NCBI GenBank assembly: GCA_902826055.1
Contig: CADEDJ010000006.1
Coordinates: 2,882 to 66,881, forward strand
Direction: 5' to 3'
DNA length: 64,000 nt
DNA from: an uncultured Nitrosomonas sp.
GTDB taxonomy: Bacteria; Pseudomonadota; Gammaproteobacteria; Burkholderiales; Nitrosomonadaceae
Below the pieces are notes generated by a model, which saw only the letters and a program-made list of their open reading frames with translations, ran no database searches and was not told the DNA's origin. Below are positions 40,739-50,400 of the stretch, one piece after another (the first letter of the stretch is position 1; every line of letters starts with the position of its first letter). The position numbers and the translations under genes were made by a program.

Positions 40739-40766
40739 AGTATCGATTATGGTAATAATCGATACT
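40739..40766. promoter_or_regulatory. Perfect inverted repeat (12-4-12), candidate operator
   Basis: AGTATCGATTAT-GGTA-ATAATCGATACT upstream of sulfotransferase. Confidence 0.55.
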
Positions 40767-40904
40767 ATCTAAGATGCATTAAAACTATCAAAGCAATTCT
40801 TCCTCGTGAGTAACATCGAAATCTATTCCGTTAATCCATTGAAAAATAGAAATATCACAAGCACACAATTAGTTAGTTTAACAAACCAAGAATAGGATAA
40901 CGTT

Positions 40905-41879
40905 ATGGGTACCGCTGCAATTCACAGAAAAAGAAAAAAGCTCTCTCGGTGTTATCAATTGGTATCTGAATCCCTCGCTATAAAAAATGAATATGTATCT
41001 GAAGATTACTTGCGTTCAAAAATAAATTATATAACCAATGTCATTGAGTACCAGTTTCTTACCCACTATTTTGGAGAACCGCCTAATTGGCGATTGTTTC
41101 TAAGAAAATTCAAATGCAATCGCACTTTACCCGATTTCTGCGTAATAGGGCCTATAAAAAGCGGCACTAGTGACTTGGCTGTCAATTTAATGATGCATCC
41201 CAATATAATGGCACCGCTTTCTAAGGAAATTTATTGTGCAGATCCTGAGGATTGGCGTATTTATTACCCCACACAACAACAAAAGAAAAGACATGCAGAT
41301 CGTTACGGCTCAGCATATTCCCCATATCTCGGCCCTTTTCTGCACTGGATGGAGTTAACTTATAATCTTGCTCAAGCGCAACCCAATACAAAAATTGTTT
41401 TAATTCTCAGAGATCCTGTGAAACGAGTATATTCTCATTGGAAATGGGAAGTTTTGAACTCAGGCAGGAAACGTGCAGATAAGCTACCCTTCTTAAAAAC
41501 ATTTCCTGACTACGTAAATAAGGCGCTAGCTGTATTTCCTGAATATCCCATGTTTACAGCTTGCGATTCGGAAGTTTTACAAACAGGTATTTACTGGAAG
41601 GCGGTCAATTACTGGATAGAGTGTTTCGGTCGAAATAATGTGCTGACACTTGATATAGAAGATTATTTTGTTAATAGTAATCACTTCCTAGGAAAAATTT
41701 TTGCGTTCTTGGGTTTACCTAATTTTGACTGCCCTACCGCCATCAACAAAATCAATGAAAACCCGATTTCTTTACCGCCGCCAGATGAGGAAAGTATGCT
41801 GAAACTCAGTAAATTTTATAGCCCTTATAATAAGAAGTTATGGTCTTTATTAGAAAAAGAATTTAATTGGTGTGAATAA
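40905..41879 (+). CDS. Sulfotransferase (Sulfotransfer_1/3-like)
   Basis: LPDFCVIGPIKSGTSDL, HPNI...KE, ILRDPVKRVYSHW, FLGL. Confidence 0.85.
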   Translation: MGTAAIHRKRKKLSRCYQLVSESLAIKNEYVSEDYLRSKINYITNVIEYQFLTHYFGEPPNWRLFLRKFKCNRTLPDFCVIGPIKSGTSDLAVNLMMHPNIMAPLSKEIYCADPEDWRIYYPTQQQKKRHADRYGSAYSPYLGPFLHWMELTYNLAQAQPNTKIVLILRDPVKRVYSHWKWEVLNSGRKRADKLPFLKTFPDYVNKALAVFPEYPMFTACDSEVLQTGIYWKAVNYWIECFGRNNVLTLDIEDYFVNSNHFLGKIFAFLGLPNFDCPTAINKINENPISLPPPDEESMLKLSKFYSPYNKKLWSLLEKEFNWCE

Positions 41880-42006
41880 ACCTACCTTCTATTTTTTAAT
41901 TCCACTTTCCATTCTTTTCCCTGCGCTAGCCCATACTAACCAATAATCCAATGAGAAATTTTGAACCCCGGCAAACTTTCCAGGGCGCGCTGAATCATCA
42001 AAAAAG

Positions 42007-42708
42007 CTAATTCTCTTTGGCCGTATAGCACGCTAGCCGCTTACTATTAATGGCGAGTGCAGAAGCATAACCGTCTGGGGCTTGAATCCACCATACTTTT
42101 AAATCTTTCCACGCTGGATTATCGTGAACAATGTGACAATGCCGATTGTCATCTGACAAGATTGAGATCGCTTGAAGATGGTTTGCAATTCCCACACCTA
42201 GAGCCTTTAACACTGATTCTTTTGCGACCCATCTTTGGATAAATGCTTCTCTCGTCTCTAACTGATTTTCTCGTTCTATACGGGTAAAAACATATTGACT
42301 CAGATTTCTTACATCAATTTGACGATCATGACGTTCGATGTCCACGCCAACTGCACCAGCCATTGATAATGCAATTAATGCAAAGCTTCCTGAATGCGAA
42401 ACATTGAATTCAATACCGCCATAATCCCGCAAACCCGGTTTTCCATACTCATTCGTCACAAAATGCAATGCTTCAGGTTGCGACGCAGTTTTTTCAGCTA
42501 ACAACTTTCTTAGCAGGCTACGCGTAGCAATTGAACGCACCTGGTCTGCATGCGCATAAAAGCGTAACGCATGGGTACGTTCGGATTCACTTAAAGGTAC
42601 CAAATCGCAATCTTGTATAGCTATCTGCAAATCTAATTCAAGTTGCCAAACTTCAACCTGAGCAGGAATATCATTGGATAGCTCTAAACGGTGGAGTATA
42701 TGCGCCAT
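42007..42708 (-). CDS. 4'-phosphopantetheinyl transferase (Sfp type)
   Basis: GKP, FNVSHSG, VGVDIE, WVAKESVLKALGVG. Confidence 0.95.
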   Translation of the reverse strand: MAHILHRLELSNDIPAQVEVWQLELDLQIAIQDCDLVPLSESERTHALRFYAHADQVRSIATRSLLRKLLAEKTASQPEALHFVTNEYGKPGLRDYGGIEFNVSHSGSFALIALSMAGAVGVDIERHDRQIDVRNLSQYVFTRIERENQLETREAFIQRWVAKESVLKALGVGIANHLQAISILSDDNRHCHIVHDNPAWKDLKVWWIQAPDGYASALAINSKRLACYTAKEN

Positions 42709-42839
42709 CTATTTCGAAAATAATATTCAGAATTACCAAGACTGGGTTACAGATATTGGTCCAAAAATCGCAAGACAATATTCATGGCCATTAATCCCAA
42801 TAGCAGCTAACACATAAAACTCAATGCGTTAATTAAGCT

Positions 42840-42854
42840 GCGACAATTGGTCGC
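42840..42854. promoter_or_regulatory. RegA/RegR-like box
   Basis: GCGAC-AATTG-GTCGC, perfect half-site symmetry, between divergent PPTase and redoxin genes. Confidence 0.6.
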
Positions 42855-42914
42855 ATATTCAAGAATTCAAACTTTGTAGATAATAAAAAAATTATCATTT
42901 TTTTATGCTAATGG

Positions 42915-42933
42915 CATAAGGATTTTCATTAGC
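42915..42933. promoter_or_regulatory. Fur-box-like site
   Basis: CATAAGGATTTTCATTAGC matches GATAATGATAATCATTATC at 14/19 positions. Confidence 0.45.
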
Positions 42934-43019
42934 CATGATAAGTAGGATCGTATTTACATCACTTTGACGGTAACGTCTTGATTAATACAACTCACCAAGG
43001 AACACTCGTGAATATCATC

Positions 43020-43514
43020 ATGAAATTATCTAAACTGTTTCTCACTTGTTTTTTACTATTATTATGCTGCGGTAGTTTACCGATTTATGCTGAACAAGCA
43101 AATCTGAAACATTTTGCATCAGGGAGTTATCAGCAGCTTCTGAAAAATTATGCCGACAAACCTTTCGTATTGATGATTTGGTCTATTCATTGCAGTTCGT
43201 GCCTAAAGAAAATGCCGGAACTGAGCGAACTTCGTAAGAACATGCCGGATTTGAATTTAATCATGCTGGCTACCGATGACATTTCGGCAACCGATCAAGT
43301 TAATTCGATTTTGAATAATAATGAACTCAGCCAGACTGATAACTGGATTTTTGCGGAGGCCAACCCCCAAAAGCTTCGTTATGAAATCGATCCTAAATGG
43401 TATGGTGAAGTCCCGAGAACTTACTTTCTCGATAAAAATCACCAGCGGATTGGCATAAGTGGATCTGTTCCACCCAATACCCTCGAAACCATGCTTAAAA
43501 ATATTCATGAATAA
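43020..43514 (+). CDS. Periplasmic TlpA/thioredoxin-like redoxin
   Basis: Signal peptide; WSIHCSSC (CxxC); W.GEVPRTYF cis-Pro loop; ORF track start TTG 42978. Confidence 0.8.
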   Translation: MKLSKLFLTCFLLLLCCGSLPIYAEQANLKHFASGSYQQLLKNYADKPFVLMIWSIHCSSCLKKMPELSELRKNMPDLNLIMLATDDISATDQVNSILNNNELSQTDNWIFAEANPQKLRYEIDPKWYGEVPRTYFLDKNHQRIGISGSVPPNTLETMLKNIHE

Positions 43515-43636
43515 ATTAAGCTGCGGTATGCTCACTCGTATATCGAAGATGTAAACCAGTCTTGAACATTTTTGCTTCGCCTTTAAAGTGAAAGCGCAAA
43601 TAGCCACGATGGTTCATTCTGAATTTATGAAAGCAG

Positions 43637-44860
43637 TTGAAAGAAAAATTATTTTGTAAGCCATTACACATCATGAACTATTTCGTTTTTTTAGGTCTGC
43701 CACTCGTTTTTCTGACTTTATCGCAACAATTAATCGCAAGTCCGGAAAAATTGCTGCCCGAACAGAAAATCTATACCGCCGCTGCATTTGGCCCGGATGG
43801 CAGGCTCTGGCGGATTGCGCCATCTCAGAAATTTGTCGCAATCGACTATTCAACGGATCATGGAAAAACTTTTAGTCAGCCAATTCGCATTGATCCGGAA
43901 GATAAGCCTATCCATTTATGGGATGAAAATCCGCCTACGCTTATTGTTGATTCCAAGGGCAGGTTATTTGTGCTCTACTTCGCCGATGATAGGCAAGCCA
44001 GCACCAGTTATTTCAGCCATTCTGATAATGGCACTCAATTCAGTGTGCCGATTAAGGTCAGTTTCATGGCTGATACCTGGTACCACTATCAAACGGAAAT
44101 GCTGGTAGATAAACAAAATCGCATTCATTTTATTTGGCATGATGTACGGGATAGGGCGGAATATAAAAAACAAGGCGGCGGCGATTTATCCATTTATCAT
44201 ACCAGCGCCCTGGTCGGCAAAATTGCTAATTTTCCTGCCGACCGGCGCATCGCCAAAAACATCTGTTCCTGCTGCCGAACGGCCATAGCCGAGGATATCG
44301 ATGGTAGCTTGGTAATATTAGCCCGTTTTGTGTACCCGGATAATATTCGCGATCATGGATTACTAAAATTATCTCCCGATGGGGAAATTAGCGAGCCGTG
44401 GCGCGTTACGTTCGATGATTGGCAAATCGAAGGCTGCCCCGCTCATGGTCCTGCCTTGTCCATCAGTGCGGAAGGCCGCTATCACATGGCCTGGTTCACG
44501 CAAGGAGAAAAGCGCAGCGGGCTTTTTTATGCGTGGTCCGACGATAAAGGCAAAACTTTTTCTAGCCCTATGCAAATTGGCGATCAAGATAAACTACCCG
44601 GGCGAGCGGATGTACTGGCTGTGGGCAATTTTGTAGCGTTAGCCTGGAAAGTATTCGATGGTTCGAAAACGCGCATAGAAGCCATGTATTCGCGGGATGG
44701 GGGCTTACATTGGTCACCGGCACGCTCAATTGTCGAATCGGCTACGCAATCCGCTCACCCCGCACTAATTTCGGATGGCAAGCAGGTCTACCTATCGTGG
44801 AATAGCATGGATACCGGCTTTCTTTTGATTCCTATCGGACCGGCCGGCAGCAACGAGTGA
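43637..44860 (+). CDS. Periplasmic BNR/Asp-box repeat (sialidase-fold) protein
   Basis: Asp boxes STDHGKTFS, SDDKGKTFS, SRDGGLHWS; CSCCR and CPAHGP motifs. Confidence 0.82.
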   Translation: MKEKLFCKPLHIMNYFVFLGLPLVFLTLSQQLIASPEKLLPEQKIYTAAAFGPDGRLWRIAPSQKFVAIDYSTDHGKTFSQPIRIDPEDKPIHLWDENPPTLIVDSKGRLFVLYFADDRQASTSYFSHSDNGTQFSVPIKVSFMADTWYHYQTEMLVDKQNRIHFIWHDVRDRAEYKKQGGGDLSIYHTSALVGKIANFPADRRIAKNICSCCRTAIAEDIDGSLVILARFVYPDNIRDHGLLKLSPDGEISEPWRVTFDDWQIEGCPAHGPALSISAEGRYHMAWFTQGEKRSGLFYAWSDDKGKTFSSPMQIGDQDKLPGRADVLAVGNFVALAWKVFDGSKTRIEAMYSRDGGLHWSPARSIVESATQSAHPALISDGKQVYLSWNSMDTGFLLIPIGPAGSNE

Positions 44861-44873
44861 TCAGAGATTGGCG

Positions 44874-45308
44874 TTATGGCTGATCGATTTTAGTGAATAC
44901 GGATGTTTCAAAATGGGCATTATCGATATCTTCGCAGTGAAACATCAATTGGTAATTAGCCGCTTTGTCTTCGCCCGCAGTCTGGCTGACGTAAACTTGA
45001 TAGACACCCATACCGCCTTCCACGCGGATAACAGGGCTCGATTTCCCGTCGGGATTGGTTATGCTGGACACCGCTTTATCCTTAATAACGAGTGCATTGA
45101 ATTGCCTGCCATCCACCACCCTCAGATCGTCAATTTGCACAAATAAATGATGATTGCCTGCCTCACCGCACGTTACTAAAAAATGATCGACAGCATCGGC
45201 CGCGGTCAAGCTATTGTTTAGTTGATGAGAGAAAACATTACTTGCATGACAAACTGCAAGCGCCATACTGGTAGCCAGGACAATTCTTTGAAACGTCCAT
45301 TTTTTCAT
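44874..45308 (-). CDS. Secreted small protein with predicted mature N-terminal His
   Basis: ATG 45308; signal peptide ending VFS|HQ; VTC and FHC...H motifs. Confidence 0.6.
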   Translation of the reverse strand: MKKWTFQRIVLATSMALAVCHASNVFSHQLNNSLTAADAVDHFLVTCGEAGNHHLFVQIDDLRVVDGRQFNALVIKDKAVSSITNPDGKSSPVIRVEGGMGVYQVYVSQTAGEDKAANYQLMFHCEDIDNAHFETSVFTKIDQP

Positions 45309-45626
45309 GATAAATACTCCACAGAAATAAGCGATATTGGACTTGAAATGTTGAAAGCCGCAGTTGAACCCTTCAACATACGCGACAAGAGCATTCTTCT
45401 GATTTTCTGAAAGGTTATTCACAATTTCTTTTGCCACCCCAGAAATCCTAAAATCCGCTGATTTTAATCTGAAAAAACCAGCGCCTCATCAAATCTTTCT
45501 GCTAATCATCCTGCACTATGCCTTCTTAGCAAATCCATTTGGGAAAAACGATTCTGCGTAGTTATATAGCTAGATGCCCGAAAACTATCCAAACAAATCC
45601 CCTTAGATGCTGCTTACGCCAATTTC

Positions 45627-47324
45627 TCATAGATGCTCTCGGGCATGTTTGATAGCTGCTATCCCTTTTTTTGATTGATTTAAATGTATAGAACTCACTA
45701 TAAAAGGTATATTCTCAGCAATTTGGCCGTTTTCTAATCGAATACATTGATCTGCCAAATAAAAATAATGATTATCATGCGTGATAACGATGACTGTTTT
45801 TCCACGTGATTTTAGATCTTTCAATATCACGGTATAAAAAAGTTCTTTGAAAAGCGGGTCTTGATCCGCAGCCCATTCATCGAATACATAGAAAGGCCGG
45901 TCTTCGAGGTAAGCGGTTACGAGCGCCAGCCGTTTACGTTGTCCTTGAGACAGTTCTACAGACGAAAAAACGCCCTCATTTACAGTTACCTTATGGTCAA
46001 GTTGCAGTTCGGTCAAATATGTACGCGCTTTGTGATCAAGATTCTCGCCCATTAATCCCAGTAAACTTTCAAAAAGATAGAAATCAGAGAAAACAACAGC
46101 AAATTGTTGTCGGTAGCTTTCACGCATCATGTCATCGATTTCAATGCCATTAAGTTTGATATGGCCGCTTTCTGGACTATACAACCCTACCAACAACAGG
46201 CCTAACGTTGATTTTCCACTGCCATTACCGCCGGTTATAAATACTAATTCTCCAGGATGAAATGTTAAATGTAGTGGTCCTAAAGTAAATTTATGATCAT
46301 CACCTTCGCGAATGTATTGATGGGTAACTGCTATTAACTCGAGTTTTCCCGGAGACACAGAAGCCTCAGCAGGTTTCAATCCGTTTGATACCTCCGTTTG
46401 TTCAGTAAGGTCTTTTTGCAGGTGATTAATTTTGTCAATGGCTACCTTTGCTCGGCTGAAAGTTGGCAAATCACTTAATATCGTCGTCAAGGGTGCCATC
46501 ATATAAAGCAAAGTCAACGTAAAGCCCGATACAATCTCCTTGGTAATTGTCTCCCAATTACTGGCTACAAAGAGAATGAATCCAACAAGAAAATATAAAC
46601 ATGCTGTTCCAGCCATAGCAGCAAGAATAAATAACGTCATCGCAGAAATGATCCCTTGCCGGTAAGCCTCTGCTGTGGAATAGAGCACATCATCAAGAAA
46701 TGCTTTTTTTCTTTCATGATGAAGCTTTATTTCTTTTATTCCGTAAATGAGGCTCCTAAAATGCGCAAACAAGGTGTCATTCTGCTCACGAGCAGCTCGT
46801 AATGGCTTAATTGCGCTTCGTGTACCCAGTTGATAAGTCAAAATACCCAGCAACATAACAACAAGAACAATCATGAATAATTGCCATGATAACCAGCCAA
46901 GATAAAACATGCACCCTAATACCCAGGAGATATTAATGCACATTTGCGGAAGTAATTGAAAGGATTCAACGAGTACCGCAACATCTTCAGTCAAGTTTGC
47001 CATTAATCTGGGTGCACCGAGTTGCTGTAGTAAACGCAACGGTGCGCTGATAATACGATGACTGAGTTGCAGCCGTAAATCCCGCGCTGCTGTTTGTCCT
47101 GCGCGCATGATGATAATTGTTGAAAAAATTTGCGACAGTATGACTACTACTCCAAGACTAACAAAAAGCAAAATTGTCAGATGTATATTGGATGTCGTTG
47201 CATGCAGTTCAGTATTGATTAAACCAATTAAGGCTGCACTTCCTAAGCCACTCACAATGCCCATTATTACAGCAAACAAAATACTGATTCGAGATCGCCC
47301 AATGAGATGAAAAACAATATCCAT
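45627..47324 (-). CDS. Cyclic peptide/siderophore export ABC transporter (PvdE/SyrD/YojI family)
   Basis: TM domain with GIKEIKL; GGNGSGKST; LSQGQRKRLAL; FDEWAADQDP. Confidence 0.93.
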   Translation of the reverse strand: MDIVFHLIGRSRISILFAVIMGIVSGLGSAALIGLINTELHATTSNIHLTILLFVSLGVVVILSQIFSTIIIMRAGQTAARDLRLQLSHRIISAPLRLLQQLGAPRLMANLTEDVAVLVESFQLLPQMCINISWVLGCMFYLGWLSWQLFMIVLVVMLLGILTYQLGTRSAIKPLRAAREQNDTLFAHFRSLIYGIKEIKLHHERKKAFLDDVLYSTAEAYRQGIISAMTLFILAAMAGTACLYFLVGFILFVASNWETITKEIVSGFTLTLLYMMAPLTTILSDLPTFSRAKVAIDKINHLQKDLTEQTEVSNGLKPAEASVSPGKLELIAVTHQYIREGDDHKFTLGPLHLTFHPGELVFITGGNGSGKSTLGLLLVGLYSPESGHIKLNGIEIDDMMRESYRQQFAVVFSDFYLFESLLGLMGENLDHKARTYLTELQLDHKVTVNEGVFSSVELSQGQRKRLALVTAYLEDRPFYVFDEWAADQDPLFKELFYTVILKDLKSRGKTVIVITHDNHYFYLADQCIRLENGQIAENIPFIVSSIHLNQSKKGIAAIKHAREHL

Positions 47325-47468
47325 AAAATCAGAAGCCTGTTCTAGTCAAACATTTAAATAATCAAAACACACAAGCTGCGATAGGAAAGGGCTGATTGAG
47401 GTGCTTAATCATCAATAAATTGGATACCTACAAAACAAATTAATAAATACCTGATTTCCACACAAAGC

Positions 47469-50400
47469 TCAGTGTGAAAAATTATCTTGAGAAGACTGCT
47501 TGATTGACCCGCTGCGTTGCAAATACGACAAATAAACATCAATTAAATGCCAATCTGTTCGCGGATAATCAATGCCACTAGCCGCTAATACTTGCTCAGT
47601 ATAATCCGTGTTATATTCTTTCAACACCGTACCCGATACATGATCATCAATAACTTTCTTCTGCAATATGGGGAGTAACGAATATAGTGGATGTTCGCTA
47701 GACTCTTTGACGGTTTGGGTTACATTTTCGAGCCAGTCAGCGTATGGTACTCGTTCAACTCTATACCCCAAGGTATTGATCCAATCAATCAAGTCATCGC
47801 TCATAATGGGACACCTATTACTGAAATGAAATGCTTTACCCATTGCTTGCGGTTGGCGAGAAAGATATACAATCGCTTTGCTGACATAATCAACCGGCAC
47901 AATATCAAAGTGATCTTGAATTGCTGGCGCTTTACCTATCTCTATACAACCTCTAATAAGCCGGCAAAGAAAATCATTCGTATTCCATGCTCCGGTTATA
48001 CTATGCCCCCCGACCGTCGCAGGTCTATGAATCGTAATTGGTAATCCACGATTGGCTGCAGTCCTAATCAACTTTTCCGCTACCCACTTACTTTGACTGT
48101 AACCATCCCCCATTTCCACAGTAGAATCCGGAAAATCATCTTCAACAAAACCACCTAAATAAGAAGGTTCCCGTGTACCGAATATCGACAAAGTAGAAAC
48201 ATAGTGCACAGGCTTAGTCTTTCCAGCACATGCTAATCGCAATACTTCCTGAGTTCCAATTACATTGGCTGCTTTCAAAGCTGCATAGGGTTGAGTGAAA
48301 TTAACTTGTGCCCCATTGTGATAGATTGCTTCAATTTGATCCGCCAATTTGTTAAATTGCCATGGAGAGAGACCTAATGACGGTTTGGATAAATCTCCAC
48401 ATACCAGACTAATTCGATTCATCAAACTGGAATGGTCGATTCCATACCCGTTTAATACCTTTCGTAATTTGTCAAAGGCTTCGCCAATTGATTCCGCTCG
48501 AATCAGGCAATGTACATGAGCTGTTGTTTGTTGCAATAATTCAACTAATAAAAATGCACCAAGAAAACCGGTAGCTCCGGTTAACAATATTTCACGAGGT
48601 AGTAAATAATCGGAAACCAAATCTCCATTGGGTTGAATCGATAAATCCAGTTGCGCCTCAGCATGTAAATTCACATCACTCGATTCCTGTTCCAATAAAA
48701 ATGTTTCTCTTCCTTCGATAATCTCTGCTAATTGCGCAATGGTCGGTCGCATAAAAATTACATTGACTGGTAAGTTGAGATTAAATTGTGCGTTTATTTT
48801 GAGAATTGCTTTTACAGTTAGAATTGAATGACCGCCTAATTCAAAAAAATTATCGTACACGCCGATCTGATCGATACCCAATAATTCTGACCAAATTTCA
48901 ACCAATGCTTGTTCCGTGAAACTTTTGGGAGGCTGATAATTATTTGTAATAAATTGACTGACACTTCTCGATAGCAGCACATTGCGATCAATCTTGCCGT
49001 TTGGCGTCTGTGGCATCGCATCCAGAAAAATAAGAATTGAAGGAATCATATACTCAGGCAAGAGCTTTTGTAGCTTGGCCCGTACATTTTCTTCATTTGG
49101 ATAGACTTTATTTATAATAGATTGCGGTACACAATATGCAAATAAACGAAGATCGCCAGGCTTGAACTCCTTTGCCAGAACCACGGCTTCACGAATTTCA
49201 TCCAATTGCATCAAGCGAAACTCTATTTCACCAAGTTCTATTCTGAAGCCACGAATCTTGACTTGATTATCCACTCTCCCCAGAAAATTAAGTTGCCCAT
49301 CAATTCGATAACAAGCCAAATCTCCAGTTTTATACAAACAAGACCCATCTTCTCGAAATGGGTTTGGAATAAAACGCTCCGCAGTTTGATCGGGATGATT
49401 CAGATACCCCTGAGCTATCCCTTCGCCACCGATATAAATTTCACCCTTCACTCCCCATGGTACAAGATTAAGAAATTCATCCAGCAGATAAACCTCAGCA
49501 TTAGCAATGGGGTATCCAATTGAAACAACATCATCAGCATTATCTAACTCCAGTCGGCATGCAGTTGACCAGACTGTGCCCTCTGTTGGGCCATATTCAT
49601 TATATAAATCAGCAGCCGGTAAAACTTCGAAATGCTTGTTAACAAGGGTTGATGGACAAGATTCTCCGGCCACTATGACAGTTCTGAGAGAAAGCAACTT
49701 CTCCCTCTTCTGCTCTAAAATTAACTGATAAAAAGAGGGTAACGTTAATAAGTGAGTTACTTGTTTTTCTTCAACTTCTTTAACCAAGCTTAGTGGATCC
49801 CTCAACTTCTCTTCGTGAAGTAGACATAGGCACCCACCTTGGGTTAGTGTCCAGAAAATACCAGCGACAGAACTATCAAACGCAAAAGAGGGTAACAGTA
49901 AAAAACACCCAACGGGTTTCTCATAAAAACAAAAACGAGCCGATGTGGAATGCACAACATTTCGATGACTGATTCTAACCCCTTTTGGCTTTCCAGTTGA
50001 TCCGGAGGTATAGATCATATAGGCAAGATTCTGTGCAACACTAGAACGACGTAAATCCCCCTCACACTGCTTGGAAATAACATGCTTTTTATCCAATAAA
50101 TCGATGACTTTAACCCTATCAGGTATCAATTGATGTGAATCACTCAGTGTCAAAATAACTTTTAATTTCGCATCGTTCACCATATAGTGAATGCGATCCT
50201 CAGGGTAATGAGGATCGATCGGTAAGTAAGCGCCACCTGCTTTGAGAATACCTAAGATGGCGACGATCATCTCTAATGAGCGCTCGATGTATATGCCCAC
50301 TAGCATATCCGGCTTTACCCCTTCACCAATTAAAAAATGCGCGAGCTGATTGGCCTTATGATTTAGTTCACCATAAGTCATTTGCTGTGCCGCAAAAACC

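Noticed and set aside
42831-43525. 12-bp direct repeat AATTAAGCTGCG flanking the redoxin gene (42831-42842, 43514-43525)
   Set aside because: Short and AT-rich with no transposase or terminal inverted repeats; compatible with chance
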